Assembly (NCBI GenBank): GCA_963575745.1
Contig: CAUYUJ010000144.1
Span: 1-64,000 of the forward strand
Origin: Prorocentrum cordatum
Lineage: Eukaryota
Reading direction: 5' to 3'
Length of the DNA: 64,000 bases
The position numbers were made by a program, and so were the translations under genes. Every line of letters begins with the position of its first letter. Positions within the stretch are counted from its first letter, which is position 1. The notes beneath the pieces are model-generated. The model made no database searches and was not told where the DNA came from. It worked only from the letters and a program-made list of their open reading frames with translations. This document shows positions 26,801-40,760 of this stretch, piece after piece.

Positions 26801-28939
26801 GCGTCATCGTATGGTTGTAGCGTTGCATGGCTGGGTTGCATTTGCTGGCGAACACGCTGAAAACTGCGCAGACAAGGATGCATACGCGTGGAAATCTGCA
26901 GACCCGCTGGCTTCGTTCACATTGGAGAGCGGCGGCCGTCGTTGCGTTATATGTGTGGGGGGGTGCAAAGCAGGTGGGGAGGAGAGGGGGATGGAGGCAG
27001 AGGTGACGGATGAGGGGATTGTCCGAACGATGTGTCATCATATTGCATGCGCGCGGGTATATGTAAAAGCTTAGGGGTACGCGCACGTGTGTGTGTGTGC
27101 TATGTAGAGGATGTTTGATACCTCTGTGAGTCAGTGAGGTGTGCACGTGTTTCGATTGCTGGGCGCATGGTCTGGCAACCGTATCGCATTTAGTGGAAAG
27201 GATGTGAGTTAACAAGTTCGGCTTGTTCTCACGGAGTTCGCGTATCTATCCAGAGCTGTATGCTAGAGCGAAGGCGGCGCTATATCTTCGGCAGCAGCGA
27301 ACTTCAGATGTTTTTTTTGGGGGGGCCTAGTGTGATATTGGCGCTTAAATCCGCCACCGTGCTCTTGGCACGAAGTGGAGTGTCCAAAAACTCACAACTG
27401 TGCTGCTGCTGCAGCCAAAGTTCTGGATTCTTGCGGGCCCGGACGCCTGGCTTCCAGGGCGGACGCCTGGTTTCCATGGCGCTCCCCCCGAGACTCTCCA
27501 AGAGACCCTCAAGACGCCCCAAGAGGCCCCCAGGAGACCCCCCAGAAGCCCCCAAGACCCCTCCAAGAGTCCCCTGAGAGGCATCCAAAGAGAGGTTCAT
27601 ATGCATCCAAAAGGCCCGTGAACCAGAGCCCTGGCACGGTGGAGGGATGGGCCGGAGGTCATTGGATAATACATGTCATCGTTTTGTACATGACGCTGTT
27701 GGCACATATTGTTTACAAGGACGGCATCATACCGACGTTGACGATGTATCGCCAACTGTTAGTTGTCATAGGCGTTCAGAACCGATCCACACTACAACGT
27801 CAATGTACTAATCCTTTGCGAATAGGCACAACATCGAACAATGCTGGGTCGTGTTGTGAAGGCAACGATCATGGCCGACGAGGCACTCTTCTAGATTTCG
27901 AAACAGCAATGTCGATGGGTTCCGAAAGGATTCAGTCCAGCAGCGCGGTGGACAATGTGTCAATACATTGGTTGTTGATCGTCCTTTCCGGGTCGTCCGA
28001 TCTTTTTCCCCCTCATCTCCTTTACTTTTTTCTTGCCCTCTCCCATCGCCATCTCCTCTACAGATCCCTTGAGCTCATCTTCCCCTCAGCCCTCCATGTG
28101 TACATTCATATCCCTCGCACCCTCTCCCCAATTCTTCCTTGTCCACCTCTCCTCTCCTCCTCTTCCTGGTCCTCCGCCTCCTCCTGGCCTCTAAGCGGGC
28201 CGGGGAGGCAGCCAAAGAGGGCCCTTAGATGGGCCAAAGAGGGGAAATACGAACTGTCATTTCGAACCCTCCGCCTCAAGATGACCCATGAAACCGCCAG
28301 CAGGCCTCCAAGATGGGCCCCCAGGACGCGCTAGGAGGCCCCCAAGAGGCCCTAAGAGGCCTCCCAATATGCCTCAATAAGAAACAGCCTCCCACAGAGG
28401 CCTCTTATCCACAACACAGGCACGGTGGCGGGATGGACCAAAGGCCACTAGATGCAGGTGCCAGAGGGAAGCGGAGATGGAGGTAGAGCAAGCTGTTGAG
28501 GTATGGGTATGCTCAGGGGTGGAGGTACAGGCAGATGCATAGGCAGATATCGAGGTAGAGGGATGGGGGAGGCGAGGGAGGGCAGTGGAAGGGAAGAGAG
28601 GGACGGATGGGATGCGAGGGAACGCAAGGAGGATACATGAAATCGCCAACCATTATAGACTGTGTGAGGGGGGACGTCCATGACAGGCTGAGTAAGACAC
28701 CACGTAGAAACTCGAACTGGTCCACACGAAATTCTCACTCTCTCTCACTCTCTCTCTCTCTCTCTCTCGCCAAGGACACATGACATGAAAAATAAGAGCC
28801 CTCCTCTTCGTCCACTTCCTCACCCTTGGGGTGCGAGCAGCCCTCTTGGCCATCGAACATGAGCAAGCAAGGTCGTCAGCATAATATAATCATGTGAATC
28901 TGGCGCGACCCCAATTCGAGGAACATTTCTTATTGCATG

Positions 28940-29385
28940 GACGCATTACTTGGCATTACTTGGAATTGGTTTGCATTGCTTGGCGTTGCTTGGGATTGGT
29001 TGACGCTGTTTGGCATTGTGTGGCATTGCTTTGCTTGCATTCGCAATACTTTGCATTGATTGGCGTTGCTTGGCATTGCCTTGCAATGCCGGGGAACCCG
29101 ACGATCCAGAACGGGGAATCCGAAGAACCCAAGCAAGGAACCCGGGGAACCCGAGGAATAAAACCAGGGAACCAACCCAAGCAAAGATTAAGACTGGGGA
29201 GCCCGAAGAACCCAAGCAAGGAGGAAGACCGGGGCGCCCGAGGAACAAGACTGGGGAGTCCGAGGGAAGAAAGCAAAGAGCAAGACCTGGGAATCCAAAG
29301 TCCCTGTGGGGAAACGAGACTGGTGAACCCCTGAGGAAAGCCTTTGTGAGGAAACAAGACTGGGGAACCCGGAGGAAGGCTGGGT
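28940..29385. repeat. TTGGCATTGC 10-mer minisatellite followed by GGGGAACCC/AAGACT minisatellite
   Basis: Degenerate tandem units at 28940-29088 and 29090-29385. Confidence 0.75.
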
Positions 29386-29794
29386 GAAGCCGCGCCCCAC
29401 ACACATCGGTTCTTCAGCATCAAGTGAGAACCCCTTAGGCAAAGTCCAGGTGAGGAAAAGGCGCGGCTGCGGACCCAGTGGCACGGCTGAGGGAAGAAGT
29501 TAAGCACCACCACCCCTCTCCCCGCAATTCAAAGTTGGCACGTTCCCTGAAGACCACTCGGAGGCCCCAAATCGGAAAACCCGAAACCAACATTGCATTT
29601 GGGGGGAGCTCAAGCCATATGTTCTGCATGGGTGCTCCTCAACTGCTTCAGGGACCTGCACATCAACGCGAGCAAGCTGCAGGCACACGATGCGATGAAC
29701 CACCCAGCGGGCCTCGCGTGAGCCTCCAAACCTTGCGCGCCGCCTGGGAGGGAGCGCCGCAGGAGAGCGGGGTGCGGAGCGCGGCGCGAGCCAC

Positions 29795-29832
29795 CGAATT
29801 TACCTTGTCGCTGTGGCGCCCGATCTTGGAGC
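29795..29832 (-). CDS. Asp/Asn beta-hydroxylase-family gene, micro-exon (G)SKIGRHSDK[VNS]
   Basis: gag|GC acceptor in phase with exon 33476; G-x-x-I-x-x-H-x-x-x-x-N motif with the first Fe-binding His; two possible GT donors (after 29804 or 29795). Confidence 0.78.
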
Positions 29833-31329
29833 CTCGGCAGGGCGGCCAAGGGGCCGTATCGCGGGGGGCGATCGAGGACTGTAGGAGAGGGGCCCCAAGG
29901 GGAGGAGGATGAGGAGGAGGAGGACGAGGAGGAGGAGGAGGAGGAGGAGGGGGAGGAGGAGGAGGGGGAAGAGGAGGAGGGGGAGGAGGAGGAAGGGAGG
30001 AAGAGGAAGGGATGAAGAGGAAGGGAGGAGGAGGAGGATGAGGAGGAGGCGCGACCCCCGTGCAAGGAGGGCGGCGTTGGCTCTCGGAGCCGCCCATTGC
30101 CGCAGAGCCGTGCGTGCACCGCGCCGATCTTGTGTGTCCATCATCCCTCGCGTCGTGTCGATCGTGTGCCACCGAATGGGCGCCATCACTGTCCTCATCC
30201 TCCTTCGTCTCCTTCTCCTTCTCCTTTTCCTCCTCCTCCTCCTTCGCCTACTACTCATGCTCCTCATCCTCCTTCTGATCCTCCTCTTTCAATGGCGAGG
30301 GGATGGGCAGGGATACGAGGAGGAGCAGGATGAGGAGAGCAAGTGATAGATGAGCTGGGGTGGCCATAGAGGCGTGCCGAATGATGCACTGGTCGAAACT
30401 AGGAGCAAACACCAGCCACTGGCCCGCAACGATGGAGTTCGAATCGCACCGCATCCTCGACTGCGCAGTGGAACGCGAGGAATAGGAGCCACACAGCAAC
30501 GGGCTGGGGACGCCAGCAAGGCAAAGCTCAGTCGCGCAGGCCATACGCACGTTCGATATGAATCCCATTAGATGCCGTCGCTGAGGGCCTCCAGGACGGA
30601 ATCCGCATCTCAGCTGTTCAGCTGCGTTCTAGCAGTCTCGATATCGACATACCGATATACACCTGTATCAGTCTCGCTGCCACTCGACCGTATTACCAAG
30701 CCGTCGATCGATTTTTATGTCCGACGATGCCTCTATGAACATGTATATCGGTATTGCAATCCGACTAGCGGGTTGAAGTCTCATCGGTCTCACTGTCTCT
30801 ATATCAAGCCTTATATCAATATGTATGTTGTATCTGTTCGTCCCCATATATCAATCGATCTCAGCGTCCGGCAAATAGATCGATATCACAAGCGGCATTT
30901 ACGGCACGCTTCATTTTCCAAGCCCGCCTACACCGACTACTTACTACCTTTGCCCTGCTGCTTCGAGCTCTTTGCAAATGGAAGAACAACGGGACGACCA
31001 CGGGACAACCACAGGACAACTGGGGACCCAACGCCCACCAATATGGAAAAACAAATGCTGGCACCCTGCCCTAACGAGGCCATGATCTCTCTCGCCATCG
31101 CGCAACTTTGTTTCGCCCGCACGCACTTCACGCACGACACGATGCGAAGCCCCATCCGGTAACCCGGCTAGGGGGCTCCTTGCCACTTCGATCTCCCCCA
31201 CATATCCGATGCTATCTCCGCGCCGAATCATTTGCGTGGTTGTCGTCCGTTCTTATCAAGGTTACCGAAGAGGTCAACCGTCCTGCCGTCGACGCCCTTG
31301 ATAGTGGATTTGCGCCATTGTCGGAGTCC

Positions 31330-32580
31330 AGCTTGAAGAGCATGGGATAGGACTTGAGCGAGTCGAAAAGCCTTTGCGCGTCCTTTACTGACTAGTAGCC
31401 GACTGCGCTGATCTGGGGTACCTTGAACCCAGAGGACGTGTCCACGGCGAAGGCCAGCGTCTCGAAGCCACTTTTGCACAATGGCCGAGAGCTCTGGTGA
31501 GGCTCGTGCGGAGTGCGCACCGATCCAGGAAACGGTGGCGTCAGTGATCCTTTCGTAGACCGCCCTGGCCACAAAGTCCAGCGTCGAGTCTTGAGCCCGC
31601 GCAATTGCGAATGCGTCCAGGATCACCCTGATGGTATGCTGCACGTTGCCGTTGTGTCCTCTTGATCGTGTCGCATGCCTGGTTGGTGCGGGCAATGTCG
31701 GCCGTGTTGGTCTGGATGACGTGGTCCACACTGTCGGCAATGTCGACATTGTTTGCAATATTGATATCACCATGATCATCAACATGATCGACAGCAACAT
31801 CACCAGCATCATCATCTGCAGCATCGTCAACATCATCATCGACATCATCATGATGACGTGGTCGACACTGCGGTGCAGCTCTCGCATGAAGGCAGTGACC
31901 TGCTCTTTGGAGCCACGCTGGAGCAGCAGGCGCACCTCGGGCTTGTGCAAAAAGTGAGTGCAGGTCCGAGGCTGCCTCCGTGGTCTCGGCAGCTGCACGA
32001 CGAAGCCTGCACGAGTCCAACGCCACGGCCGCCCCCGCCGCTGCCTGACCGCTGCCCCAAGCACGCTCATCCCTCGCGCGCGGCCTGGCTCGTGCGTGCC
32101 GTTGCCGCGTTGGACCTCGCTCGGTGGCGCAGCAGACAATCAGGTTGGGGGCCAAAGGCTACATTCACCACCTTAGAGTATGCGGCTCCTGCTCTTCCTC
32201 CTTCTCCTCCCTTCTCCTCCGCTTAGCTTGGCGCGGATGGGTGGGACGACGCTCTCGGCAGTCTCGATGACGCTCGTGTCCGCTCAGCGAGGCAACGCGA
32301 GGTGTGCTGCAGGAGCCGTCGGCACTGGATTTGTCACCTGTTCGCTCCTTTTGAGCTGCACCTCTCCAACCTTAACCAACTTGTATACAATGCAGCGAAA
32401 TACGTACCTCTGAGAATGCACCGCGTTCCCGCGCAAGGAGGACTCGTGAACATGGGTCTGGGCATGGAGCTCCTCCACCAGCGGGTGGAACATTTGAAAT
32501 GTATGGCCGCCTCCAGCGCCGTAAAAATGAGCAAGACCGGGATATGTAAGCTGCATGCCCTGCCTGGGGCAAGAATTCAT
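31330..32580 (-). pseudogene. Decayed coding-like sequence of unknown family (possible retroposed transcript)
   Basis: Protein-like stretches HFLHKPEVRLLLQRGSKEQVTAFMRELHRSVD and VQHTIRVILDAFAIARAQDSTLDFVARAVYERI; a degenerate SL-like 14-mer lies at its 5' edge. Confidence 0.3.
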
Positions 32581-33475
32581 CATTAGCCGAAATGCGCCGA
32601 TGGAACATGCGGAGGAGGAGGAGGAGGAGGAAGAGGAGGAGGAGGAGGAGGAAGAGGAGGAGAGACAATGGCAACTGAGAGGAGGGCGGGCAAGAGCAAG
32701 AACGAACGAAAGCCCATCCAGGGGCAAGAAAACGAAATCAGCGCCCTTCAAGGGGGCACTCCCGTGGATGAGGACGATGGGGGAGGAGGAAGAGGAGGAG
32801 AAAGAGAAAGAGGAGGAGGAGGAGGAGGAGGAGGAGGAGGAGGAGGAGGAGGAGGAGGAGGAGGAGGAGGAGGAGGAGGAGGAGGAGGAGGAGGAGGAGG
32901 AGGAGGAGGAGGGGGGGGGGGGGAAGGAGGAGGAGGAGGATATGCGGAGGAAGAGGAAGATAACATGATCGATAGAGGCGGCGGAGCAGCAGGAGAAGGC
33001 ACTGGGGGGGAGAAGGGCCGCAAACACCAGACATGCCCCGCCAGGCCAGACCCCTTCATATCCCTTGACTGGACCAGAAACCAGACGATGCCACCCCACC
33101 TACGACCCAGCGATGTTCAAAGCTCAGGCAATTGCCCACCTACGACCATCTATGACCCACCTACGACTTCGCACCACCTACGACCCGCCTGCGACCCTGC
33201 GGGTCGTGGGTGGGGTGGTCGATTGGTTGTTGGCCGATTTACCCTGATGAACAGCAGAAGGACCCTAACCCTTTGGGACGGGACCTCAGTCAGGAGGGCC
33301 AAACAAGTTTTTTTTTTCTGCAGCTACATCGAACCAAGCCGCCCAGATTTCTTATCCACGATGCGGAGACGGGGACCTGAGTGAGGCCACATCAACGCTG
33401 TGCCATGAAGGCTATGTACATATATGGGTTCTTTGATTCTCGATAATGCCCCCCCCACCCCACCCCACCCGGCGC

Positions 33476-33563
33476 CAGCTGGCATCAGCGCGAAGAACAC
33501 CTCATCTGGACGGAAGCCGCCCAGGGACGACAGGGCCGCACGCGACGCGGGGAACTGCCCGTC
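33476..33563 (-). CDS. Asp/Asn beta-hydroxylase-family gene, exon DGQFPASRAALSSLGGFRPDEVFFALMPA(G)
   Basis: Matches the P-x-[TS]-x-x-x-L ... F-[SA]-x-[LM]-x-x-G segment; gag|G acceptor, G|gc donor. Confidence 0.8.
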
Positions 33564-34864
33564 CTCGGGGCGGCGGCGGTCGCGAGGGGCACGCCTCCGG
33601 CTGGCGCCCCAGCGGACCGCGCCCAAGCTCGCCGCCCGACGGGGGTGCCAAGCGAAGGGTGCGCGAGGCGGGGATGCACACGTCGGTCGGAAGAGGTAGG
33701 GAAAACAGAAAGTAGGAAGGCGGACAAAGTATGTTGGGGCCAGGCCCTCCCAGAGAATCGCAAAGCACAGCAATATCACATCGATTCTTGAAGCAGGAAG
33801 GCGTCTGAAGTAGATAGGGATCTGGGAATCCAGAAATACCTACTTTCAACAACCGGCGTGTACAGTCAAGACGTATAACGAGGATGCGCAATAAGGATGC
33901 GAGGGCCTTGGAAGGCCACGTTGACGTTTTTCGAACGGGGGGCGGCCGAAAAGCGAAGGATACAAGGGTACCGGAAACCGAAGGGGCAAGGATGCAAGGC
34001 AACCTTGGAAAATTGCTCATCCTTACGATGCGCCTTGACAGTGTTCATGTCCACCACCTGGGAACCGAACTCCTGGGACCCCAGGTGGCGATCGGCCAGA
34101 CTGGTCTGGGCTCCATGGGTTTCCCGGAGGGCCTCAGGTTCGATATTCATTAGGCTGCTCGGGCTGATCCTTCCTTCAATTTGACTGATGTCTTCCCTCT
34201 TCCCTTCCTCCTCTTCCCTTCTTCCGACAACTCACCTGTGAATCGTTCCTGGATGAGCGAGTCGGGATACGGGCAGCATCAGCAATGCCAAATGGAGGGG
34301 CCTTCAGGACCTTTCAAGTTCTTCTTGACGCTCGTCACAATAGCCTCCTCCTCCCCCTCCTCCTCGACTGGACCTTGCATAGCCTCCTACCCCTCCTCCT
34401 CCTCCTCCTCCTCCTCTTCCTCCTCCTCATCGCCATCGTCGTCGTCCTCCTCCTCTTCCTCTTCGTCTGGCCCTCTTGCATCTCAAAGTCACCGTGATCC
34501 CAACGACTGCGCCCCAGCAATTACCACCCATCCAGTGGTGGCCTTCCCCCCACCAACTCACAGACATTCGCTGGATCACCCGCCAGGATGACAGGAGGAC
34601 ACGGAGGATGAAGAATAATAGCAGCATCACGGGAGGCTGGTACCACTCCCTCCAGTTCCGCCGTTCGCCGTCTCCCTAAAGCCATGAAGTCCCTGGAGCG
34701 TCCTTCGGGATCCAATAGCCTGGACAGGATCACATAATCCCAGCAGCCTGTTGAGCTAAGTTGGTTTGACGAGTGTTTTTTTTCTCTTCCAAAGCCCTCT
34801 TCCCTGCGGGGAGTGGTACCCTCCCCCTCCCCTCCCTGTTTTTTTTTTGGGGGGGGGAGACGGG

Positions 34865-35405
34865 TTAGAGCGTCCAAGATGGCCTCAGATGGCTCCAAGA
34901 GGGCCCCCGATGCTCCAAGATGGCCTCCAACATGGCTCAAGGTAGCCGACGATGGTTCCAAATAGCTTCCGACATACCTCCAAGAGGCCCGACGAGGGCT
35001 ACAAGACGGTTCCAAGTGCTCTCGGAGCCACCGCAGGACCCCCCAAAAGGCCAACATCCTTCAAACACCCTGTGAAAATCAATGAATCATTTGTGCCGTC
35101 TCGCCTTTTCGCTTCCGATGCGCTTTCAGGGATTCAAGATGGCCCCAAGATGGCCCAAGAAAGGCCCAAGAGGGGCCCAAGAGACCCTCCCAGACGGGCC
35201 CAAGAGCGCCCAAAAGCGCCCCATGAGGCGATTTGGATGGCTCCAGGGGGGGTGGGGGGGGGGCGAAACCGGGGACTCCCCTCCTTTGATCGATAGCCTC
35301 CATGATGGCCTCAAGAGACCCTCCATCGCTCCCGAGAGGACCTCAAGAGAGCCCCAAGACTATCCCAAGAGCGACCAAGAGCGCCCCAAGAGTGTCCCAC
35401 GAGGG
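34865..35405 (+). repeat. CCCCAAGA/GGCCCAAGA-rich dispersed repeat; related copies near 10890-11200, 25860-26240(-), 27480-27660, 28200-28400, 45850-46310(-)
   Basis: Recurrent ccaagatggcc/ccccaagag/cttggg motifs. Confidence 0.7.
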
Positions 35406-36080
<675 letters not shown>

Positions 36081-36639
36081 TCATCCTCCTTCTCCTCCCC
36101 TCGCCCTCCCTCGGGCCCCAAGGATAGCCGAAGAGGCCCTCCAAGGCCCCCCCCTGCTCCCAGAGATCTCTCTGTTCATCCTGGTTGCCCGCGTTGTCTC
36201 CGTATGTGTGTCTCTCCGTTCCTTTTCCCGTCAGCTCTCATGGGTAACGTTTCCGAATGGCTGGTGGGGGTACTTTTTGATTGCGAGTGACGCGGAAGCA
36301 GCCGCGCACCGTCAAAGGGCTGGTGAGGATACGCAAAGCGAGAAGAACGTGATGAAACTGTGCCTTCTGGAACGACAAGGAGGAGCATCGACTAAGTTTG
36401 AAAGTAATTCGACGCGGATATGTCATTACCTCGTATGTGCGTGAGCGAGTCTGAGCCTGCGTGCGATTGACTGACAGCTTGTCTGAGTGTGAGCGATGCT
36501 GCCTGCTGTTCTCTGCCGCTCGCTGGTGCGCTGTCCTTTCTGAGTTGCTCTGTGCAACTCTCGTCTCACTCCTGGCGCCCACTCCTCCGTATCCGCCTCC
36601 TCCTCCTCCTCTGCCCAGTCGGCGTCCCCTTGGCAGGCC

Positions 36640-37604
36640 CAAATGTCATGCCTGCTGCATTGCAGTGGCCATGCGGCCCTGAGCAGACACACGCCTACCC
36701 CCCAAAACGGTCATTCTGCCTGAGATGTCCCCGCAATCTGGGCGCGAACGGGCCAGCGGAGCACCCTTGGTCGAACCCCCCTCGGGATGCACAAGCGCCA
36801 TGCCTGCTTCATCGCGAGCATCATGCGGCCCCGGAAAGAAACACATGAATCCCGGCAAGGCGGCCAGTCTGCCTGACTGGCACCGACAATCTGGGCTCGA
36901 ACGGGCCCAAGAGACACTCCTGGTCGACTCCCCCTCGGGATGCCCAAATGCCACGCCTGCTCCATCGCGCGCATCATGCGGCCCTGAACAGAGACATGTA
37001 TGTCTACCACCCGCACCAGAGCAGCAATTCTGCCTGACTGGCACCGACAATCTGGGCGCGAACGGGCCCAAGAAACACTCCTGGTCGACACCTCCTTGGG
37101 ATGCTCAATTCTCATGTCTGCTACATCGCGATGGTCGCGCGGTCCTGAGCAGAAACACTTCGATCATGGCAAAGCAGCCAGTTTGCCAGAGAAATCCGAA
37201 TAATCTGGGCGCCAATGGGCCTGAAAAAGGACGCGTTCACCTACGCCAAGCTGGCCATCTTGCCTGGGAGGTCCCGACAATCTGGGCACGAACTGGCCCC
37301 TGGAACATCCCTGGTGGACAACCCCGTCGACACAGACACAGTCACAGTCACAGACACAGACACAGAAAGACACAGACACAGTCACAGACACAGACACACA
37401 GACACACAGACACACAGACACACAGAGACACACAGAGCCACACAGAGACACACAGAGACACACAGAAACACACACAGAGACACACACACAGACACACACA
37501 CAAACACACACACAAACACACACACAACACAACACACACACACACACGCACACACGCACACCGGCACACCGGCACACCGGCACACCGGCACACCCGCACA
37601 CACC

Positions 37605-37651
<47 letters not shown>

Positions 37652-37666
37652 GCACACACGCACACA

Positions 37667-37718
<52 letters not shown>

Positions 37719-37736
37719 CGGACACACACACACACA

Positions 37737-37769
<33 letters not shown>

Positions 37770-38460
37770 GCACACACAAGCACACACGCACACACTTGGG
37801 AGGCCCAAGCACTATATCTGCTACATCGCGAGCATCATGCACCCCTGATAGGAAACACGTTTACCCCCCCTGGCCCTGCCTTGCAGGTCCCGGCAGACTT
37901 GGCGCGAACGGGCCCGTGGAGCACTCCTGGTCGACCCCCAATTGCCATGCCTGTTACATCGCAAGCATCATGCAGCCCTGAAAAGAGACACGTCTTACGG
38001 CTCCTCTAGTCCTGGCAGTCGTGGTGCGACCAGACAATGCAACACCCCTGATCAACACCTCCTTGCGGCGCCTAAGTTCCATGCCTGCTACACCGCGATG
38101 ATCAGGCGGCCCTGGAAAGAGACACGTTTATGCCTAGGAGGTCGCGACAATCTGGGCGCGAACGGGCCTGTGGAACACCCTTGGTCGACACAGATCAGGA
38201 TGTCATGGGATGTCCACATGCCATGTCCGCGGCCCTGAAAGGGAACACCATTTCGCATGATACTTCCTGACAGTCTGGGCAAGAACGAAGCCCCTTGGGA
38301 TGCCAAAATGCCACACCTGCTACATTGCGATGATCACGCGGCCATGAAAATAAACACCCGTGACCCGTCAAAACGGTCATTTTGCCTGAGAAGCCCGGAC
38401 AATCTGGGCGCGAACGGGCCTGGGGAACACCCCTAGTCGACAACCCGTTGTAGGGAAGAA
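36640..38460 (+). repeat. Diverged tandem satellite of ~150-bp units split by a CA/CAGA/GCAC microsatellite (37330-37797)
   Basis: Core 'caatctgggcgcgaacgggcc...cac.cc.tggtcgac' recurs near 36735, 36888, 37048, 37202, 37278, 37897, 38148, 38400. Confidence 0.85.
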
Positions 38461-40509
38461 GCACATGCATCGCTGGATACATCACGATGACAATGAACAC
38501 GGGTGAGGATGTGTACGTGTGAGTGATTCTATGAGAGAGCCCGAGTGTGTGTGAGTCTGGCTGCGAATGAGTATGCATGTTAGTGGAGCCAACAGTTAGT
38601 GAGTCTGAGTAAGAGCGAGTCAAAGCATGAGTAGTCTGAATGTGGCAGTTTCTGCTTCAGAGCGGCTCAATGTGTGAGTGAGTGGGTCCGGGTGGGGATG
38701 AGTCTGTGTCTGTGAGTAGGTCAGCATGAGTGATTTGCATGAGTGATCTGAGCACGAATGATCTGTGGGAAGGGAGGGAGGCGGGAAAGAGGAAAGGAGC
38801 CAGAGCCCATTGTTTGGATATTAGTTAATGGAAAAACAGGGCGGCAATGGGCAATGCTAGCAGGTCGGTCCTCTGCGACCCATATGCCATTCTGTACGAG
38901 ACCTCCCTTCCCGCGGGCTTCGTTCCACTACCACTCGTCAGACCAGGGTTGGCCAACTCCCGTTCTCGACGTTGGACCAATCGCGCGCAGGGGTGCTCCA
39001 CGAACAAGCGACATGATCGTGCCGATCGGTCGTTGCGCTGACGATAGCGATCAGATCGATCGCGCGCGAGATGCTGTCGTAGGGTCAGCCGTCTTCCAGC
39101 TGCGATTGGTAAAATGACCTACAAATGCCACTTCAACAATCTATTGCTCTTCCACCCCTCTCCCTTCCCGTCCTCTCCTCCCTCCCCTCCCCTCTCCCTT
39201 CTCCCCTCCCTTCTCCTCCACCTTGGCCTTCCCCACCTTTCCCATCGACCGCACCAATTTAAGTGATGGGAAGGAGCTGCCTATCTTGGCCAAAGAAAAC
39301 CTAAAGGTCCACGATGGACTCGCACGGGTAAATGTCAGAACTGCCCGCCGTGTACGTTAGCCACCGACGTCAAGGATGAACTAAGCTGGGGGACGGAAGG
39401 GAGAGCCACAACCAACTCCCTCCTCGTCATCCCTGCCCCATCCATGAGTAGTACTCTCATATATCCGCTGATGCTGCGTTTTTCGATAACACATGTCGTT
39501 AACGGCTGTTTGCACAGGGTTGTCCCGCGGTGGCTTTCGATGCGGTGCTTTCGAATCAGAACGTCCCCGGCCTTTCAAACAATATGGTTCCCTCTGCAGC
39601 GAGGGCCACAATTCAAGATCGGTGCTTTGCTCCTGTCGTTCAGAATGGCGCTCTCGCCCCAACGCGGGCCACATTTCAGGATCCGATGTCTTCCTCCTCG
39701 TTGCCGCCCCCTCCTTTCCTCTCCTCCGCCTCACCATGGTCCTCCTGCTTCTCCCGTTATCCCTGCTCCTGTTCCTCCTCCTCCTCCTCCTCCTCCTCCT
39801 CCGTCCTCCGTCCTCCGTCCTCCGTCCTCCGTCCTCCGTCCTCCTCCTCCTCCTCCTCCTCCTCCTCTTCATCATCATGCTCATCCCCCAGGTCATCCAC
39901 AAACTCCTCCTCCTCCTTCGCCTCCTCCAACGTATACGGCTCGCCTTCTTCTGGGGAGCCAGGTCCGCTAGGACACCCGTCGGCGGATAGCGAAACATCA
40001 GCGCAGTGGAAGGGATAGTGGGAGGGGTGGGATATCAGATATGGCGCGAGCGCACCTGGCTTGACTATCCCCTTGTCTCTCCCTCCCCCTCCCGCCCCCT
40101 CCCATCTCCTCCCCCCCACCAAACCTGCCCCCCTCCCATGCCCCTCCCCTGACAACCCTCTCCTAACCACTTCTCCTTGGTAACAAACAAACGCCACCAC
40201 CACCACCACCACCACCACTAAAATGGCCGCCGACTAGCGTCCATGATCCCCCCACCACCGTCGATCGAAACTAACGAGAATGCGCGTTTCAACGAGCACT
40301 GGATGATGAGAGGGCGCCCCCGCATCAGTCTGAGTTAGCGGGGGGAATACCATACGCTCCACAATGCGCTGGCCCACCACCACTGTCAAACACCAGCGCG
40401 ATGCGATTCCATTTGCATGCGCCATATGCAATGCAAAACTACCCCGACGGCAGTTTGCCCTGGTGGTTGACAGGGGTGGTGGGTGTGTGTGTGTGTGGGC
40501 ATATTGCCC

Positions 40510-40760
40510 GATGTGCGCTGTCATGTGCACTGGCGCACCTGGCGCACGCTGCGCGCGTTGCGCCCCTGGTAAACCAGGCGCGCCTGCAGCACATGGCACA
40601 CCTGGTACAAATGGTACACCTGGCGCAATTGACGGCGCATGTGGCGCACGTACGCTACCTGGCGCGCCAAGCACGCCTGGGCACTTGGGGGCTCCCGGAG
40701 CATGTGGTGCGCGGGGTGCACCTAGCACTCACGACGCCTTGCGAGCTTGGCGCGCCTGTT
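40510..40760. repeat. 9-bp GGCGCACCT-type minisatellite; related tract at ~21810-21900
   Basis: Repeated ggcgcacct/ggcacacct/ggtacacct units. Confidence 0.65.

Noticed and set aside
34630..34700. Alternative hydroxylase exon (DFMALG or GDGERRNWREWY)
   Set aside because: The conserved Trp segment is better supplied by exon 50891-50830, which joins 33563 in phase; not fully excluded
36640..38460. CRISPR-like array
   Set aside because: The spacers are homologous to each other, the repeats are degenerate, there are no cas genes, and the context is eukaryotic
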